Positions 55,703 to 64,000 of a stretch of DNA of 64,000 nucleotides are shown piece by piece. This stretch comes from Pseudomonadales bacterium. GTDB lineage: Bacteria > Pseudomonadota > Gammaproteobacteria > Pseudomonadales > JAHRWD01. The notes below the pieces were generated by a model. It was not told where the DNA came from. It saw nothing but the letters and a program-made list of their open reading frames with translations, and made no database searches. Within the stretch, counting starts at the first letter, position 1. Each line of letters begins with the position of its first letter. Location: contig JARGPR010000008.1 of NCBI GenBank assembly GCA_029210125.1, forward strand, positions 56,635-120,634. Reading direction: 5' to 3'. The position numbers and the translations under genes were made by a program.

Positions 55703-56869
55703 TTAAGCAAACCAAACTGAGCATCGATAAATATGGAAAAAGTTGTTTACATAATTGGAGCGGGGTTTTCAGCGCCATTGGGTATTCCCGTTATGGGAAA
55801 TTTTCTATTTAAGTCAAAAGACCTTTATTTCGACAACCCTGATAAATATGCTCATTTCAATCAAGTTTTTGAAACAATAAACAAGCTATCTGTAACTAAG
55901 AACTACTACGATTGTGATTTATTCAATATTGAAGAGATTCTATCGATAATAGAAATGAATGAGTTCTTGGAAGGCAAAAAGCTTAAAGTTGATTTTATCA
56001 ATTACATAAAAAATGTGGTTAGCGCCTATACCCCGGCGAGCCAAGATATTGATAAGAACCTCCCGAGTAACTGGGAGGATTTCCTATTCGGGAGAAATCA
56101 AGATATTGCATTATATGGATATTTTGTGGCGAGTCTGATGGGATTGATTTTTGAAAAGAGGAAATCGAACCAGATAGTTACAATGCGGTCCCACGATTTC
56201 ATGGCAGGTATATCACCTCAGCAACAAGCAAGATACGCAGTTTTAAGTCTAAATTATGACATGATCTTGGAGAATATGGCTTCAGCTATCAATGAGCAAT
56301 ATATCAATGATTGTCGAATCGAATTTAATAAGCTGTCATATGATTCTAGCTGGTCCTCAACACATTTAGCTAAATTGCATGGGTGCTTGAGTAACGATGA
56401 GATAGTACCGCCGACATGGGCAAAAGGAACACATGATTCTATTGTGCCAGTATGGAAAAACGCGTTCCAATTACTTAATGATGCGAATCACATTAGATTT
56501 ATAGGTTATTCGCTACCCGTAGCAGATTCATACATTAAGTATTTATTAAAGGCAGCCGTAATAGATGCGCCGCATCTTAAATCTCTAGACGTCATCTGCA
56601 TGGATAATGATGGGGCAACAAAATCTAGATATGATAATTTCTTCGAGTTTAATAACTACCGCTTTAAAAACGGCTCTGTCACTAATTATCTTCAAGTCTT
56701 GAAAGACCAAGTCCACTCAAGGAAAAATATAAAAAAAGATTATGTTTCTACTTCACATCTAGAGACAGCACACGAAACCTTTATGAACAATGCTTAACAA
56801 GCGCAGTCACGGCGACGGCTTTTTCGTTGCGGCTTCGCCTACACTACAAAGCCGTGCGTGCTGCGAGCG
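55703..56869 (+). mobile_element. Integron gene cassette (solitary; no intI in window)
   Basis: G/TTAAGC core at 55702-55708, 24 bp before the ATG; single ORF; attC whose inverse core GCTTAAC is the exact complement of that core. Confidence 0.85.
55733..56797 (+). CDS. SIR2-like domain protein (putative NADase, candidate anti-phage)
   Basis: YIIGAGFS, SLNYD, KLHG, IVPPT, FIGYS motifs in SIR2_2-like order; visibly AT-rich. Confidence 0.8.
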   Translation: MEKVVYIIGAGFSAPLGIPVMGNFLFKSKDLYFDNPDKYAHFNQVFETINKLSVTKNYYDCDLFNIEEILSIIEMNEFLEGKKLKVDFINYIKNVVSAYTPASQDIDKNLPSNWEDFLFGRNQDIALYGYFVASLMGLIFEKRKSNQIVTMRSHDFMAGISPQQQARYAVLSLNYDMILENMASAINEQYINDCRIEFNKLSYDSSWSSTHLAKLHGCLSNDEIVPPTWAKGTHDSIVPVWKNAFQLLNDANHIRFIGYSLPVADSYIKYLLKAAVIDAPHLKSLDVICMDNDGATKSRYDNFFEFNNYRFKNGSVTNYLQVLKDQVHSRKNIKKDYVSTSHLETAHETFMNNA

Positions 56870-56875
56870 TTATGC
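56792..56875 (+). repeat. attC recombination site
   Basis: GCTTAAC-5 bp-CAGTCAC..ACGGCTTT..GGCTTCGCC..AAAGCCGT..GTGCTG-5 bp-GTTATGC; imperfect palindrome with unpaired bases; the SIR2 stop TAA lies inside the inverse core. Confidence 0.88.
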
Positions 56876-56888
56876 CTTAATAGAGAAC

Positions 56889-56929
56889 ATCAAAGGGGTC
56901 AGGGTAGTTGATGTTTTGACCCCTTTGAT
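56889..56929. repeat. REP-like palindrome
   Basis: Perfect 13-bp arms ATCAAAGGGGTCA / TGACCCCTTTGAT. Confidence 0.75.
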
Positions 56930-57063
56930 TGGTTCATGCCCGTGCTGGGCGTACACAAGTTTATCCCGTTGATGTTCTGGTCTGCGTTCCGCTTTGGGGT
57001 GGCTTCGCTGCTGTAGCCAAAAACGCTACTACAGCCCAAACACAACGGACAAAAGCGCTGTAT

Positions 57064-57726
57064 TTACAGGTGCCCCGTTTTTACGTAAATCAATGCGCCA
57101 TTTTCTTTGGTGAAGGGGTTATGTCGACTTAGATGGGGGCTACGTAGCCATGAGCCTTGAGGATAGCTACCATGCTCATCATGAAAAGTACCCTCTAGTA
57201 CAAAAATCTCCTCTCCACCCCAGTGTTGGTGGGCGTTGAATTGCGTGTTCGGCGCCCATTTCACTAACGCTACGTGCTCGCTTCCAAATTCATGTAGCGG
57301 CATGACGCTTAGGCCATCGACTAGCCCTGGGCGCCATGATTGTGTTTGGGTATCGATGACTTTTTGTTGTGTATCTGCTTCGTCAAACTGTTGTAGTTTG
57401 ACGAAAATAGTCGCGCCTTCTTTGCCTATTTTAGGTGTGTGTGATGTGCCTATGGGGTTGCGTACATAACAGCCTTTACCATAGCTTTGATGCTCGTCAG
57501 AAAACACACCGTCGAGCACAAAGAACTCCTCGCCACCTGTATGGGTATGTGACGAAAATTCACTAAAGGGTTCGTAACGCACAATAGAGGTTGCACGTGC
57601 TATTTCGTCACCCATTCTATCGAGCATCATTCGTTCCACGCCAGGCATGGGCGAGTCAACCCAGCGATAGTCATCGGGTCGAATTACAATTCGTTGTGAA
57701 AAGTCCGTATTGATTTGTGTCGTCAT
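57064..57726 (-). CDS. ChrR-like double cupin protein
   Basis: GVERMMLDR..ARATSIVRY..HTHTGGEE, and a second HQHWGGEEIFVLEG..SRHNP..YVKTGHL. Confidence 0.88.
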   Translation of the reverse strand: MTTQINTDFSQRIVIRPDDYRWVDSPMPGVERMMLDRMGDEIARATSIVRYEPFSEFSSHTHTGGEEFFVLDGVFSDEHQSYGKGCYVRNPIGTSHTPKIGKEGATIFVKLQQFDEADTQQKVIDTQTQSWRPGLVDGLSVMPLHEFGSEHVALVKWAPNTQFNAHQHWGGEEIFVLEGTFHDEHGSYPQGSWLRSPHLSRHNPFTKENGALIYVKTGHL

Positions 57727-57747
57727 TTTAAGCACCAAGCTATTCGT

Positions 57748-58020
57748 TTAGTTTCTACCCGCAGTCACTCCGCCATGCACATCCCAAATGGCACCTGTTA
57801 CCCAGCGGGAGCAATCATTTAAGAGGAACATGATGCTGTTGGCAATGTCATCCGGTGTATCGATGCGGCCTATAGGATGAAATTCATCAAATCCCGCTAA
57901 GGCATGTAAACCAGCTTTAGCCATTGAATACGTCGGAGAAGGTGTTGCTTTAATGGCTTGCTTAGCCCACATGGAACCAATATGTACAACAGAGCCTCGC
58001 CGTTGTCGTCTGTTGAGTAA
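57748..58020 (-). pseudogene. SDR oxidoreductase remnant (5'-truncated, internal deletion)
   Basis: [13 protein letters not shown] catalytic motif and [18 protein letters not shown]-terminus; lacks the TGxxxGxG Rossmann motif and the IRVNAVSPG segment. Confidence 0.8.
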
Positions 58021-58045
58021 TTTAGAGATAAGAAAAACCGGCAGG

Positions 58046-58090
58046 TAGGCATAAAACAATACGCGAAGAGCGACCCTTTATTTATGCCTA
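58046..58090. repeat. Inverted repeat at the SDR truncation
   Basis: TAGGCATAAA..TTTATGCCTA perfect 10-bp arms. Confidence 0.6.
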
Positions 58091-58121
58091 TATGAAAACC
58101 ACGCAGGGTTTAGTTGGGATT

Positions 58122-59021
58122 TTAGGGAAGTCTACTGAGAGACAGGCTCAATGTATGGGATCTACCCTCTTTCAGTGTTATCGAATCGGCAGCCGCATTT
58201 GCCGTTTCCACGCAAAGCATGGCTTGATACGCCTCTGGACTGAACTGTGACAGCCGCGCGGCTTTTTCTTTCCAGGGGTTCCAGACAATACAGGATGAGC
58301 TACCGGAACTTTCTATCAGCGTGTTTTGGTTTTCATCTGTTGCCCCAGAACCGCGCATTATTTTTAAATCTTCGACACTGCCACAATACACGCGATCCGT
58401 TTCTTCACAAAAAGTGACAGGGCCGGTTTGATGTTTTTTCTTCCATCCGTCTAGAGCATCCAGATATTCGCAGTCATCCAACCCATGAATGCTGGTTTCT
58501 GAAATGTCGTGCGTTGGAAAATAGCTATGTAAGGCCTGAGTAAAATGGACGGTTTTCGGAGAAACGTTATGGGTAGTCAGCCGGAGAGACAGCTTTTCAC
58601 CAATCTCTATCTCGAGGCTTAGATGAAGAGGGCCGGAGGTCTCGAGCAATTTGAGACGAAGGGTGGTACCCGCCTCATGGGAATTATAATCGTAAAGCCC
58701 CCAGGTACCGGTGCGGGCAAATCCGTGCGCTGGCTGAGCGGGTAATTTTTGAAACTCGCTTTGCACTGGTTTTGGATTGCGGTTCAAATCACCAAACCAG
58801 GGCCAGCAAATAGGGATACCCGTTCGCACAGCTTTGCCTCGCTGAAATTGTGCATCAGGGTTTTCCCATAATAGTGGGGCTGAGCCATGTGGCTGGAATT
58901 GAATAAGCTGGCCTCCCTGGAGAAGCACCACGGCACTTGCCAAATGGTTATTGATTTGCAGGGCGGGCAAGTCGCCGATTCGAATACACTGTATGGGAAG
59001 TTGTTTCAAAATATCACTCAA
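58122..59021 (-). CDS. D-hexose-6-phosphate mutarotase (YeaD family)
   Basis: GIPICWPWFG, HGFAR, QALHSYF, VWNPW, LCVETAN. Confidence 0.92.
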   Translation of the reverse strand: MSDILKQLPIQCIRIGDLPALQINNHLASAVVLLQGGQLIQFQPHGSAPLLWENPDAQFQRGKAVRTGIPICWPWFGDLNRNPKPVQSEFQKLPAQPAHGFARTGTWGLYDYNSHEAGTTLRLKLLETSGPLHLSLEIEIGEKLSLRLTTHNVSPKTVHFTQALHSYFPTHDISETSIHGLDDCEYLDALDGWKKKHQTGPVTFCEETDRVYCGSVEDLKIMRGSGATDENQNTLIESSGSSSCIVWNPWKEKAARLSQFSPEAYQAMLCVETANAAADSITLKEGRSHTLSLSLSRLP

Positions 59022-59231
59022 GCTTGATTAGTTTTTTATAGCAGGCTTCTGTGCAATACCAAATAACCAACCATTGTCGATGGCGTCAAACTCAAGATGA
59101 GCTCCAGTCGTTCTTCAAAAAATCTAGTTTAAGTCGATTTTTTCAAATGCGAACGAGCCAATAAAAAACGCATTGTAAAGCCGATACGGATACTGCACAA
59201 CGCAGCAAAGTTTGAGCAAGATGAGTTGCCC

Positions 59232-59260
59232 TTGAATGTAGAATCAACTGGAATTATAGT
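59232..59260 (+). promoter_or_regulatory. Putative sigma70 promoter of the YtoQ-family gene
   Basis: TTGAAT-17 bp-TATAGT. Confidence 0.55.
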
Positions 59261-59359
59261 CCCGCTATAAAGAGTAATTTGAGCGGCTGCGCCTCTCTAT
59301 TGCTAGCATATTAGACTTTCATACATTCGAATAACCCCCATAATTTGAGGCTATAAAGC

Positions 59360-59803
59360 ATGGATTTAGATGTTTATCTATCTGGTGAAATACATACCGA
59401 TTGGAGAGAAAAAATAATTGAAGGCTGTAAAGCAAATAACCTTTCTATCTCCTTTTCATCCGCAGTGACCAATCACGAAGCCAGTGATGGCGCAGGCGAT
59501 TTGTTAGGGGCCGAAGAGAAAAACTTCTGGCGCGATCACAAGTCGGCGAAAGTAAACGCCATCAGGACAAAAACACTCATTGAAAGTTGTGATGTCGCGA
59601 TCGTTCGTTTTGGAGAGAAATACAAACAGTGGAATGCTGCATTTGACGCGGGTTACTGTGCTGCACTCGGTACGCCTTATATTACGTTACATAACGAAGA
59701 TATCATCCATCCGCTCAAAGAGGTGGATGCCGCAGCACTCGCATGGGCAACAACGCCTGAGCAAGTAGTTGAGATTTTAAAATATGTGGTCAGTACCAAG
59801 TAA
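59360..59803 (+). CDS. YtoQ family protein
   Basis: VYLSGEIHTDWRE, KYKQWNAAFDAG, HPLKEV. Confidence 0.88.
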   Translation: MDLDVYLSGEIHTDWREKIIEGCKANNLSISFSSAVTNHEASDGAGDLLGAEEKNFWRDHKSAKVNAIRTKTLIESCDVAIVRFGEKYKQWNAAFDAGYCAALGTPYITLHNEDIIHPLKEVDAAALAWATTPEQVVEILKYVVSTK

Positions 59804-59882
59804 ACCCTGACATAAGCATTAACGGCAGGTTACAACGGTGACGACTTTGTTTTGCTGCCCTGTCCTGCCCAACCCTGCCAAT

Positions 59883-60356
59883 CTATCGAATATGTTTGAG
59901 GGGTAGGCAGCTACGACTAAGCGGAGTTTTCATCACAAAGCTGGACTGTACCCCACTTACACCCTCTATTCTGGTCAATTTTCCCAGTAGAAACTCCTGG
60001 TAGCGCTCCATATCCGGCACGACTACTTTGAGCTGATAATCCGCTGCCTGGCCTGTGATCAGGCAGCATTCCATTACTTCCGGATAACCTGCAACTTTAT
60101 TTTCAAAATTTTCAAAGCGATCCGGTGTATGGCGATCCATGCTGATGGAGACCAGTGCGGTAAGCTTCAAGCCCAGGGTATCCGTATCCAGCAGGGTTAC
60201 GTATCGATCAATCACCCCATCATCTTCTAACTGTTTAACACGGCGAGAACAGGGAGATGGAGACAAACCCACCTTATCAGCCAGTTCAAGATTGCTGATG
60301 CGACCATTTTCCTGCAATGCATCCAATATTCGTTTATCAATTCGATCTAATTTCAT
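59883..60356 (-). CDS. Lrp/AsnC family transcriptional regulator
   Basis: LDRIDKRIL..GRISNLELADKVGLSPSPCSRRV HTH; RAM domain. Confidence 0.95.
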   Translation of the reverse strand: MKLDRIDKRILDALQENGRISNLELADKVGLSPSPCSRRVKQLEDDGVIDRYVTLLDTDTLGLKLTALVSISMDRHTPDRFENFENKVAGYPEVMECCLITGQAADYQLKVVVPDMERYQEFLLGKLTRIEGVSGVQSSFVMKTPLSRSCLPLKHIR

Positions 60357-60643
60357 CGCAAATCCACCCTACCCACTAAAGCAATAATTCCACTGCATCC
60401 AACTATAACGCAATAATTACCCCTATAAGTGGATATTACAAGATAGATACCCTAATTTAGTCTAGATTAGCGAATCAATTAACAACCACTCGCCCTTCGA
60501 TCGCACCTATACTTTCTGCCAACGCTGCAACCTGCCCTCCAAATGCCGTTCACGAGATGACTATTTGGAAGCTACCCCAAAAAGGTGAAGGTAAGCAGCG
60601 GCTTATATAACACCCTTCATATAACACCGGACGGACCGCATAG

Positions 60644-62356
60644 ATGAACAATCAGCCCACAGCCACCACTACAAAAAACTTCAATCACCGAAAGTATGCC
60701 CCTGCGCCAGCGATAAATCTTAGCGATCGCAGCTGGCCAGACAGTACAATCAAACAGGCACCGATCTGGTGTAGCGTTGATCTTCGGGATGGTAACCAGG
60801 CTCTTATTGAACCCATGTCGGTAGAACAAAAATGTACTCTGTTCTCTTTATTAGTTGAGATTGGCTTTAAGCAGATTGAAGTGGGGTTTCCTGCAGCTTC
60901 GCAGCCGGATTTTGATTTTGTGCGGCGATTGATTGATGAAAACCGTATTCCCGATGATGTCACCATTCAGGTATTAACCCAGGCGCGGGAAACTTTAATC
61001 AACAAAACCTTCGAAGCACTGGAGGGTGTCGGTAGCGCGATTGTCCACCTCTACAACTCTACCTCCAAAATACAACGCGAACATGTATTCAAATCCGACA
61101 AAGCAGGTATCACTGAAATTGCGATAACTGGCGCAACACTGGTGAAAGCCTGTGCGGAGAAATACCCGCAAACCCAATGGGCATTTGAATACTCACCGGA
61201 AAGCTTTACTAATACTGAGGTAGATTTTGCGGTTGAAATCTGTGATGCGGTGAACCAGGTCTGGCAACCTACCCCAGAGAATCCTGTGATTATCAATTTG
61301 CCCTCAACCGTGGAGGTGACTACCCCCAATGTATACGCTGATCAGATTGAATGGTTTTGTCGCCATATTAAAAATCGCGAATCAATTATCATCAGCCTGC
61401 ATACCCACAACGACCGGGGTTGCGCGGTGGCGGCTGCGGAGCTAGGTGTAATGGCCGGAGCTGACCGGGTAGAGGGCACGTTAATGGGCAACGGTGAACG
61501 CACCGGAAATATGGATATCGTCACCATGGCGATGAATCTGTACAGCCAGGGCATCAACCCTGAACTAGATCTTTCAGACATGAACCGCATTATTCAAACC
61601 GTTGAACAAACGACCGCCATCTCGGTACATCCGCGCCACCCCTACGCCGGTGAGTTGGTCTATACCGCGTTTTCAGGCAGCCATCAGGATGCCATCCGCA
61701 AATGTATGGGGCTTTATGATGCAAATGAACCCTGGGAGGTTGCCTACCTGCCCATTGATCCCCGTGACCTTGGTCGTAATTACGAGGAAATTATCCGTAT
61801 CAATAGCCAATCTGGGAAAGGCGGCGTTGCCTATCTGTTGGAGCAACAAAGTGGCCTGCAGTTACCGCGCTGGCTACAAATTGAATTCAGCCAGGTGGTA
61901 CAAAAGGAATCGGAAAACATGGGCGGTGAGATCGACGCGAATGCGATCTGGAATCTATTTGATCAAACCTATCTGAATCGAAAAAACGGCCTAACCGTTG
62001 ATAACTTTCAACTCAACAACAACCAGCTACAGGCCACACTTATTTTTGGGGACAATTCCGAGAGCAACTCTGGGAACCAGACCTTTCAAATAAGCGGCAG
62101 TGGTAACGGGCTACTGGAATCAGCGGTGAATGGATTGCAACAACGCTTCGAAACCCCAATAGAAATTTTGGAATATAGTGAGCACGCCCTGAATCACGGC
62201 ACCGAATCAAAGGCGATTGCCTATATCAAAATTCGGTCTGGACAACAATACAGTTGTGGGGTCGCGATACATCAGGATGTGCTGCGCAGTTCGATCAATG
62301 CATTGCTAAGTGCCGCCTGCCCCATATTGATGCACCAGACAGTGGCACCAGCTTGA
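60644..62356 (+). CDS. leuA: 2-isopropylmalate synthase
   Basis: DLRDGNQAL, YSPESF, HTHNDRG, GNGERTGN, IRINSQSGKGG. Confidence 0.96.
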   Translation: MNNQPTATTTKNFNHRKYAPAPAINLSDRSWPDSTIKQAPIWCSVDLRDGNQALIEPMSVEQKCTLFSLLVEIGFKQIEVGFPAASQPDFDFVRRLIDENRIPDDVTIQVLTQARETLINKTFEALEGVGSAIVHLYNSTSKIQREHVFKSDKAGITEIAITGATLVKACAEKYPQTQWAFEYSPESFTNTEVDFAVEICDAVNQVWQPTPENPVIINLPSTVEVTTPNVYADQIEWFCRHIKNRESIIISLHTHNDRGCAVAAAELGVMAGADRVEGTLMGNGERTGNMDIVTMAMNLYSQGINPELDLSDMNRIIQTVEQTTAISVHPRHPYAGELVYTAFSGSHQDAIRKCMGLYDANEPWEVAYLPIDPRDLGRNYEEIIRINSQSGKGGVAYLLEQQSGLQLPRWLQIEFSQVVQKESENMGGEIDANAIWNLFDQTYLNRKNGLTVDNFQLNNNQLQATLIFGDNSESNSGNQTFQISGSGNGLLESAVNGLQQRFETPIEILEYSEHALNHGTESKAIAYIKIRSGQQYSCGVAIHQDVLRSSINALLSAACPILMHQTVAPA

Positions 62357-62520
62357 ATGAGCAACTAATGTGCACCTGTAAAAATTTATAACCATATTGT
62401 GAATACGGAATTTATTTATCGCTGATACTGACCTACACTATTGATAATGGAAAATTGGAAAACTCAGATTTTGTTGGAAAGCACCTAACAAAGACAATGA
62501 AGGCCCACGAGTATTCATAG

Positions 62521-63573
62521 ATGAAATCCAGGCAAAGTTCCGATAAAAAGTATTCAACCAGTCAGCCTCCAGAAGAAAATTTGATTATCAATTTTCGCCT
62601 GGAGCTTAACAAGTACTTCGGCCTACTGCTCCTTGCTCTTCTAAGCCCGTATGCGGTGACCCATATCATTGCAGGGGACCTAATGACATCGATTTTTCCA
62701 ACCACCATCGTGATACTGGCGGCACTGAATTCGATCTCCATTATCCGCAAAAAAAAACAGATAAAAGCCTTCAATTTTTTCTATGTAATTGTTTTGGTTG
62801 CTCTGGTAATCGGTTTCTTCCTGGAAGGTTCGCTGATTACTTACTGGCATTACCCTTTCGCACTTATCATTCTTTTTAGCGTCGGTCAAAAACGAGCACG
62901 GATAATGCTGCTGCTCAGCATAGTAATACTGGTACCAGTAGCCTTTTATACGACCGATACAGCAACTGCTGCACGTTTCGCAGCAACCTATTTTATGGTC
63001 TGCGTATTGGGTGATGTGGTGGTAAGGCTTATGGATGAAGCTCACCAACAACAGGCTCTACTCACAATTACTGATCCACTAACCGGTGCATTGAACCGCC
63101 GCTCCATGATCTACCAACTTAAAGATGCTGCCGCGGGCTGCCGCCGCGGGCTGGGTACAGCAGCCTTGCTCACGATCGATATCGACCACTTTAAAAATAT
63201 CAACGATACCTATGGGCACCAGGTAGGAGACGATACACTGAAAGCGGTGGTTGGTGCCCTTACACAACGTAAGCGCGAACTGGACAAGCTATTCAGAACC
63301 GGTGGCGAAGAGTTCATCATGCTGATCCGCAACCTGGATAAAAAAGGTTCAATCGCCTTTGCCGAAAGCCTTCGTGCAGCTGTGGAACAAACTGATATCA
63401 CCCACGGACAGCGGGTAACGGTAAGTATTGGTGTTGCGGATTACATACTCGATGAAAGTGTTGATGACTGGATTAGACGTGCCGACGACCAAATGTATCT
63501 GGCCAAACGACATGGTCGCAACCGTGTATCCCCCCCGCACATCACAGGAGTACCAGCAGAGGAAACAGGCTAG
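62521..63573 (+). CDS. Membrane-bound diguanylate cyclase
   Basis: Several TMs; TDPLTG, DIDHFKNINDTYGH, intact RxxD I-site (RELD) and GGEEF. Confidence 0.93.
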   Translation: MKSRQSSDKKYSTSQPPEENLIINFRLELNKYFGLLLLALLSPYAVTHIIAGDLMTSIFPTTIVILAALNSISIIRKKKQIKAFNFFYVIVLVALVIGFFLEGSLITYWHYPFALIILFSVGQKRARIMLLLSIVILVPVAFYTTDTATAARFAATYFMVCVLGDVVVRLMDEAHQQQALLTITDPLTGALNRRSMIYQLKDAAAGCRRGLGTAALLTIDIDHFKNINDTYGHQVGDDTLKAVVGALTQRKRELDKLFRTGGEEFIMLIRNLDKKGSIAFAESLRAAVEQTDITHGQRVTVSIGVADYILDESVDDWIRRADDQMYLAKRHGRNRVSPPHITGVPAEETG

Positions 63574-63626
63574 AAAGCTTAAGCAGCATGCCCCTCAAAC
63601 TTATACAAAATCTGCCGTGACCTCCA

Positions 63627-64000
63627 TCACCACATCAAATCATCGGGAATCTTATAGTCCGCGTAAAGGTCATCCTCATCGGCTATATCAGTAGGTTTTT
63701 CCGCACGAAAGATAATACGACTGCTGTCCCGTTCTGCAATTCGATCCGCCACAAGAGCCGGCACAAGAATGTACTGATCTCCCTGCTTCACGACCACAAT
63801 CACACCCTTGCTTAACTGATTAACCTGCTTACTGCTTACCAGCACCCGTTTGATGGTTTTACCATCGGCAAACTTAAATTCCTGCTCACCATCGGATTGA
63901 ATTTTGTTGGTTTCAATCAGCTGTTTGATCTGAGCAGCAATCGCTTTACGCGCGGCTTTATCCGTTTTTTGCAGATTGAGCTGTTTATCCTTTGCAACTT
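63627..64000 (-). CDS. DUF2058/YaiL-family protein, 5' end outside window
   Basis: ..AQIKQLIE..FKFADGKTIKR..DDLYADYKIPDDLMW C-terminus. Confidence 0.85.
   Translation of the reverse strand, partial: VAKDKQLNLQKTDKAARKAIAAQIKQLIETNKIQSDGEQEFKFADGKTIKRVLVSSKQVNQLSKGVIVVVKQGDQYILVPALVADRIAERDSSRIIFRAEKPTDIADEDDLYADYKIPDDLMW

Noticed and set aside
55733-56797. Thoeris, DSR, SPARSA or Sir2-HerA assignment
   Set aside because: No TIR, Argonaute or HerA neighbour, no recognisable SLOG or Macro domain, and the protein is far too short for DSR
56790-57132. ORFs 56790-56972 and 56929-57132
   Set aside because: They are translations of the attC and palindromes or antisense to the cupin gene; no protein-like features

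Overview
Chromosomal window of a gammaproteobacterium (Pseudomonadales/Oceanospirillales-like gene order; inference). Most of it is housekeeping: hisBHAF; yrbG-kdsDC-lptCAB-rpoN-hpf-ptsN-rapZ-mgtE; nit-yhdP-maf-mreDCB; gatCAB; htpX; tRNA-Asn, tRNA-Gly and tRNA-Glu; nadA; prpE; lrp/leuA. It also carries a complete sigma54-type urea uptake and urease cluster (urtABCDE-ureDABCEFG). The strongest accessory signal lies directly after ureG: an AT-rich, stand-alone SIR2-domain gene packaged as a complete integron gene cassette (GTTAAGC core upstream, 84-bp attC overlapping its stop codon). No integrase and no partner gene are present in the window, and REP-like palindromes and a decayed SDR gene lie next to it. 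This is a candidate single-gene NAD-targeting anti-phage cassette. Other points of interest are an orphan NMT1/TauA-type binding protein coupled to a four-PAS membrane sensor, a probable ATT start codon for mreC, the absence of npr, rng and tldD from their usual positions, LysR and cupin remnants, and several intergenic RNA structures. All assignments come from motif recognition by eye; no database searches were run.
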